64,000 nucleotides of DNA from an uncultured Chloroflexia bacterium (GTDB lineage: Bacteria; Chloroflexota; Limnocylindria; Limnocylindrales; CSP1-4), in assembly GCA_963710105.1 (NCBI GenBank), contig CAVPYV010000001.1, positions 1,039,032-1,103,031 on the forward strand. Reading direction: 5' to 3'. The position numbers and the translations under genes were made by a program. Numbering within the stretch: position 1 is the stretch's first letter; the number at the start of each line of letters is the position of its first letter. Shown here piece after piece: positions 60,189-64,000 of this stretch. The notes under the pieces were generated by a model, which saw nothing but the letters and a program-made list of their open reading frames with translations, did not search any database and was not told the origin of the DNA.

Positions 60189-61249
60189 CAGTGGCTCCCC
60201 GAGGCGCGGCGCAGCAGGTAGGTGTTGACGAGGACGGCCATCAGGAGGATCGCCCCCAGCACGACCTGGTACCAGTCGGAGTTGATGCCGACGAAGTTGA
60301 TCCCGAGCTGGGTCGTGCCGAGGATGAACGCCCCGAACGCCGAGCCGAGGGCGGACCCGTAGCCGCCGGTCAGGAGGGTCCCGCCGACGACCGCGGTGAT
60401 GATCGCCTCGAACTCCTTGTTCTGGCCGCGCAGGACGTCGGCCGAGCCGACGCTCAGGACCTGGATGCAGGCGAGGAGGGTCGCCGCGACCGCTGTCGCC
60501 ATGAACAGCATCACCTTGACCCGGTTGACCGGGACCCCGACGTAGCGGGCCGCCTGGTCGGAGCCGCCGACGGCGAAGATCCAGTTGCCGAACTTCGTCC
60601 GGGTCAGGACCCAGGTCGCGACCACGACGGCCACGACCCACCACAGCAGGACGATCTTGAAGTCCGCGCCGCCGACCGAGATCCTGGCCGTGAAGAGCTG
60701 GACGATCGGATCGTTGGCCGTGTACTGGGGGATCCCGCTCACGATCGTCTGGCCGGTGATCAGGCGGGTGAAGCCGATGCCGGCGCCGCGCAGGATGTAG
60801 AGGGTGCCGAGGGTGACCAGGAAGCTGGGCAGCCCGGTCTTGATCCGGAGATAGCCGTTGAACGCCCCGATGCCGAGGGCGAACGCGAAGGTCAGGACGA
60901 TCGCGAGAGTCGGCGGGACGCCCCACTGGACGATGAGGAGCCCGAGCAGGAGGCCGGTCGCGCCGATCGTGGAGCCGATCGACAGGTCGAACTCGCCGGC
61001 GATCATCAGGAGCGACACCGCCGCCCCGAGGATCCCGACCTGGGCCGCGACCTCGAGGTAGCCGGCCGCGCCCTGGAGCGACAGGAAGCCCTTGCCGACG
61101 TCGCCCCGGGCGACCGACAGGGCGGCGAAGATCAGGTAGACGATGACCGCTCCGACGACGGCCCCGAACTCCGGTCGGGTCAGGAGCAGCCTGATCGGGT
61201 GGACGCTCCGGAGCCGATCACTCTCCGTCGCGACGTGGTCCGTGCTCAT
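60188..61249 (-). CDS. CUT2-type sugar ABC transporter permease
   Basis: 353-aa polytopic ORF with [15 protein letters not shown] and [23 protein letters not shown]. Confidence 0.85.
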   Translation of the reverse strand: MSTDHVATESDRLRSVHPIRLLLTRPEFGAVVGAVIVYLIFAALSVARGDVGKGFLSLQGAAGYLEVAAQVGILGAAVSLLMIAGEFDLSIGSTIGATGLLLGLLIVQWGVPPTLAIVLTFAFALGIGAFNGYLRIKTGLPSFLVTLGTLYILRGAGIGFTRLITGQTIVSGIPQYTANDPIVQLFTARISVGGADFKIVLLWWVVAVVVATWVLTRTKFGNWIFAVGGSDQAARYVGVPVNRVKVMLFMATAVAATLLACIQVLSVGSADVLRGQNKEFEAIITAVVGGTLLTGGYGSALGSAFGAFILGTTQLGINFVGINSDWYQVVLGAILLMAVLVNTYLLRRASGSH

Positions 61250-61280
61250 CGGCGACCTCGACGTTGGGTGGAGCGGTCTG

Positions 61281-61310
61281 GGGACGGCCGGCCGGTTGGC
61301 CGGCCGTCCC
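61281..61310 (-). terminator. Intra-operon GC stem-loop after the binding-protein gene (13-bp perfect stem, 4-nt loop)
   Basis: gggacggccggcc (61281-61293) is the exact reverse complement of ggccggccgtccc (61298-61310). On the minus strand the hairpin begins 16 nt after the stop at 61327-61329. Confidence 0.5.
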
Positions 61311-61326
61311 GATGGTCGGGTCCGAC

Positions 61327-62307
61327 CTAGCGGGTCGTGCCCGTGTTCGCGAGGACGGTGTCGACGTTGTTCTTGTCGACGATGCCGGGGCCGGTCAGGA
61401 CCGGCTGGCCGCCGCCGGGGACGAGCCCGTACAGCTTGTCGTAGGTGAGGAACACGATCGGCAGGTAGCCCTGGAGGTACTGCTGCTGGTCGATCGCGAA
61501 CAGCATCTCGCCGGCCTTGATCGCGTTCAGCACGTCCTTCGAGAGGTCGAACGTGGCGAGCTTGATCTTGTCGCCGAGGTTGAGCTGCTTCATCGCGGCA
61601 AGGGTCGGGGCGGAGCCCGTCGGCCCGAGGGCGAGGACGCCGTTGAGGCTCGGGTCGGACTGGATGGCCGCCGCGATCGCCTGCTGGGCGCCGGTCGGAT
61701 CCTTGAGGTCGACCTGGACGACCTTCGACGTGCCGGCGAGGCCCTTATCGAAGCCCGCGCAGCGGGCGTCGAGGCCGGCGTTGCCGACCTCCTGGTTGAT
61801 GCACAGGGCGTTCGTCACGCCGGCGTCCTTCATCAGCGCACCGGCCTTCTCGCCGGCGATGCCCTCGTCCTGGCCGACGTGGGTCAGGACGCCGAGCGCC
61901 GCGTAGGCGTCCGAGCCGGAGTTCGCCGAGATCACCGGGATCCCGGCCGCGACGGCCTTCTGGATCGAGGGGCCGAGGGCGGTCTTGTCCGGGATGGACA
62001 CGACCAGGCCGGCTGGCTTCTTTGCGACGGCCGCGTCGATGAGCGAGGCCATCTTCACCATGTCGAACGTGTCGGGCGCCGCGTACTCGACCTTGACGCC
62101 CATGTCCTTGCCGGCCTGGTCGACGCCGTTCTTGAAGATCGACCAGAACGGGTCGCTCGCCTGGCCGTGGGTGACGACCTCGATCAGGATCCCGGATCGA
62201 TCGGCGCCGCCGCCGCCGCCGCTCGGGGCGGTCGACGCCGTGGAGTTGCAGGCACCGGCGAACAGGGCGATCACGCCCAGCGCGGCGATGGTTCGGTGCA
62301 GTCTCAT
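61327..62307 (-). CDS. Periplasmic-binding-protein-fold sugar/inositol-binding lipoprotein
   Basis: This is the track ORF trimmed to MRLHRTIAALGVIALFAGACNST at the ATG at 62307, which follows AGGAGGAG. The body is a type-I PBP (VVTHGQASDPFW, VISANSG). Confidence 0.85.
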   Translation of the reverse strand: MRLHRTIAALGVIALFAGACNSTASTAPSGGGGGADRSGILIEVVTHGQASDPFWSIFKNGVDQAGKDMGVKVEYAAPDTFDMVKMASLIDAAVAKKPAGLVVSIPDKTALGPSIQKAVAAGIPVISANSGSDAYAALGVLTHVGQDEGIAGEKAGALMKDAGVTNALCINQEVGNAGLDARCAGFDKGLAGTSKVVQVDLKDPTGAQQAIAAAIQSDPSLNGVLALGPTGSAPTLAAMKQLNLGDKIKLATFDLSKDVLNAIKAGEMLFAIDQQQYLQGYLPIVFLTYDKLYGLVPGGGQPVLTGPGIVDKNNVDTVLANTGTTR

Positions 62308-62475
62308 CCGTACTCCTCCTGGGCCCGCGCGCGGCGGGCAGATGCTAGGTCGTCCGCGACCCGCGGATTCGGCGAACCCGCGCGGTCGGCGTGACCGCCC
62401 TGCGCTCTCCACGGTCGCCGGGTCGTGGCCCGACCCCGGCGACGGCACCTCCTTCCACCGACCGGATCCGGTCGA

Positions 62476-63477
62476 TCAACTGTCGGCGATCTCCTCGACA
62501 CGCACCGGTCGGTGCTCATGCAGTGAACGGGTGGCGGCCTCCGCGATCCGGAGGGCCTGGACGCCGTCGTGGGCGGTGCACGGGCTCGGCTCGTCGCCCC
62601 GGGCCACCCGGAGGAACGCGGCGAACTCGGCGCTGTACGCGGCGGAGAAGCGATCGAGGAAGTGCGGCCAGGCCGGGCCCGCCTGGGGCGGGACGCCCGG
62701 CTCGACCGATCGGATCGGCGTCCGTGGCCCGAGCCCGACGCTGATCGAGTCCTTCGAGCCGAACAGCTCCGCCCGGATGTCGTAGCCGAGCGGGTCGTGG
62801 CGGGCGACCGTCAGGACGCCGAGGGCCCCGTCGTCCATCCGGAGCGTCGCCACGGCGGTGTCGACGTCGCCGTATTTCGCGAACACCGGGAAGCCCCGGA
62901 CGTCGCCGTCGGCGTAGACCTCGACGACCTCCCGGCCGGTCAGCCAGCGGATGACGTCGAAGTCGTGGATCGAGAAGTCGCGGAACAGCCCGCCCGACTG
63001 CGGGATGTAGCCCTCATGCGGCGGCTCGGGGTCGTGGCCGACGAGGTGGAAGTTGTAGAGCGTCCCGAGCTCGCCGCCGGCGATCATTCGGCGGGCCTCG
63101 CCGTAGCCGGCGTCGAATCGCCGCTGGAACCCGAGCTGGAAGCGGATCCCGCTCGCCTCGACGTGCCGGGCGACGTCGATCGTGGCCGCGATGTCCTCGG
63201 CCAGCGGCTTCTCGCAGAAGGTGGGGAGGCCGCGGTCGGCCGAGGCCCGGATGAGATCGGCGTGGGCCGTCGTCGCGGCGGCGATCACGACCGCGTCGGC
63301 CTCGCCGAGCGCGGCCTCGAGCGAGGGGGCCGCCCGCCCGTGGACCTCGGCCGCGGCTTCCTCCGCCCGCTCCGGCAGGGCGTCGGCGATGACCAGCTCG
63401 TCGACGCCCGGCGTCGCCGCCAGGAGACGGGCGTGGAGCCGGCCGATGCGGCCGGCGCCGAGAAGGGCGATCTTCAT
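62476..63477 (-). CDS. Gfo/Idh/MocA oxidoreductase, inositol 2-dehydrogenase-like
   Basis: Motifs: MKIALLGAGRIGRLHA, FCEKPLA, GFQRRFD. Confidence 0.8.
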   Translation of the reverse strand: MKIALLGAGRIGRLHARLLAATPGVDELVIADALPERAEEAAAEVHGRAAPSLEAALGEADAVVIAAATTAHADLIRASADRGLPTFCEKPLAEDIAATIDVARHVEASGIRFQLGFQRRFDAGYGEARRMIAGGELGTLYNFHLVGHDPEPPHEGYIPQSGGLFRDFSIHDFDVIRWLTGREVVEVYADGDVRGFPVFAKYGDVDTAVATLRMDDGALGVLTVARHDPLGYDIRAELFGSKDSISVGLGPRTPIRSVEPGVPPQAGPAWPHFLDRFSAAYSAEFAAFLRVARGDEPSPCTAHDGVQALRIAEAATRSLHEHRPVRVEEIADS

Positions 63478-64000
63478 CGGACGGCTCCCTCGGCGCCCGC
63501 CTCGCCGCGGCCCGCCGGGGCGGCGACGGATGCCGTTGCGAGCCGGCGGAGCGCGGCGGCGAGGACGCGCCGGCCGATCGCGGCGCTCTCCGCGGGCGGC
63601 GGCCAGCCGCTGTCCTGCTCGACCATGAGCCAGCCGGCGTACCCCACCGCGGCGAGGGCCGCGAGGACCCCGTCGAGATCGAGGCTGCCCGCGCCGAGCT
63701 CGGTGAAGAGCCGCGCCTGGATCGCACCGCGGAATCCGCCGCCGGTGCCCCGCCGCAGCCGGTCGAGGACCTCCGGGTCGACGTCCTTCAGGTGGACGTG
63801 CTCGATCCGCGCCGCGTAGCGCCGGATCGCGGCGACCGGATCGCCGCCGCCCACGAGGTAGTGGCCGACGTCGAGGCAGAAGGGGAGGACGTCGGGGGCG
63901 ATCGCGGCGGCCAGCCGCTCGACCTCCTCTGGGGTCTCGACATACGTCCCGGCATGCGGGTGGAACGCGATCCGGCCGCCGGCCGCGCGCGTCTCGGCGG
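63474..64000 (-). CDS. Xylose-isomerase-like TIM-barrel sugar phosphate isomerase/epimerase (IolE-like), 3' part only; continues past the window end
   Basis: Reverse translation to the window edge gives ...FHPHAGTYVETPEEVERLAAA...LDVGHYLVGGGDP...IEHVHLKDV...GWLMVEQD. Its stop overlaps the start of the downstream gene. Confidence 0.65.
   Translation of the reverse strand, partial: AETRAAGGRIAFHPHAGTYVETPEEVERLAAAIAPDVLPFCLDVGHYLVGGGDPVAAIRRYAARIEHVHLKDVDPEVLDRLRRGTGGGFRGAIQARLFTELGAGSLDLDGVLAALAAVGYAGWLMVEQDSGWPPPAESAAIGRRVLAAALRRLATASVAAPAGRGEAGAEGAVR

Noticed and set aside
1-64000. tRNA, rRNA, tmRNA, RNase P or other structured RNA genes; transposases or IS elements
   Set aside because: All intergenic gaps are under 400 nt, and none showed a cloverleaf-like or otherwise recognisable RNA signature to my eye. 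No ORF has transposase or integrase motifs. A covariance-model scan would be needed to exclude small RNAs.

Overview
Very GC-rich bacterial chromosomal segment (by eye over 70% G+C; third codon positions of real genes are almost all G/C). It looks Actinomycetota-like: an FhaA/FhaB-RodA-PBP operon, a BldC-like HTH, a DUF2342 metalloprotease, a MoxR-DUF58-transglutaminase triad and several leaderless-looking starts. I call 58 protein-coding genes. Two are cut by the window ends and one carries a frameshift. I found no rRNA, tRNA, CRISPR array, transposase or integrase. Content is mostly housekeeping and sugar catabolism. Left to right: a CUT1 sugar ABC operon with GH38 and GH13 glycosidases; small zinc-ribbon and HTH genes; fhaA-fhaB-rodA-pbp; moxR-DUF58-transglutaminase; a serC-like/serA/histidine-phosphatase operon; murJ; an L-fuconate-type non-phosphorylative deoxy-sugar pathway with its own GntR regulator, ABC transporter and a LarA-like gene; rarA; a UvrD-type helicase fused to a Cas4/AddB-like Fe-S nuclease; an M20 / ureohydrolase / methyltransferase group; a TadZ-like ATPase, murI, ychF; and an inositol-type catabolic cluster. 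Most long ORFs in the six-frame track are high-GC artefacts (Arg/Pro/Gly/Ala-rich, antisense to real genes). I see no self-contained novel multi-gene system such as a defence island, BGC or mobile element. The best leads are: (1) a LarA-like nickel-pincer racemase/epimerase homologue at the end of the fuconate operon; (2) a multi-zinc-finger, Pro/Ala/Glu-rich protein divergent from an FHA-SEDS-PBP operon that has no kinase or phosphatase; (3) two genes whose conserved N-termini lie upstream of any ATG/GTG/TTG (probable ATC starts, one also in frame with the preceding gene across a single TGA); (4) a 1-nt frameshift in the DUF58 gene; (5) a histidine-phosphatase gene positioned as the missing phosphoserine phosphatase; (6) an orphan TadZ/CpaE-like ATPase with a degenerate receiver domain. 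All functional calls come from motif recognition by eye and memory. No database search was run.
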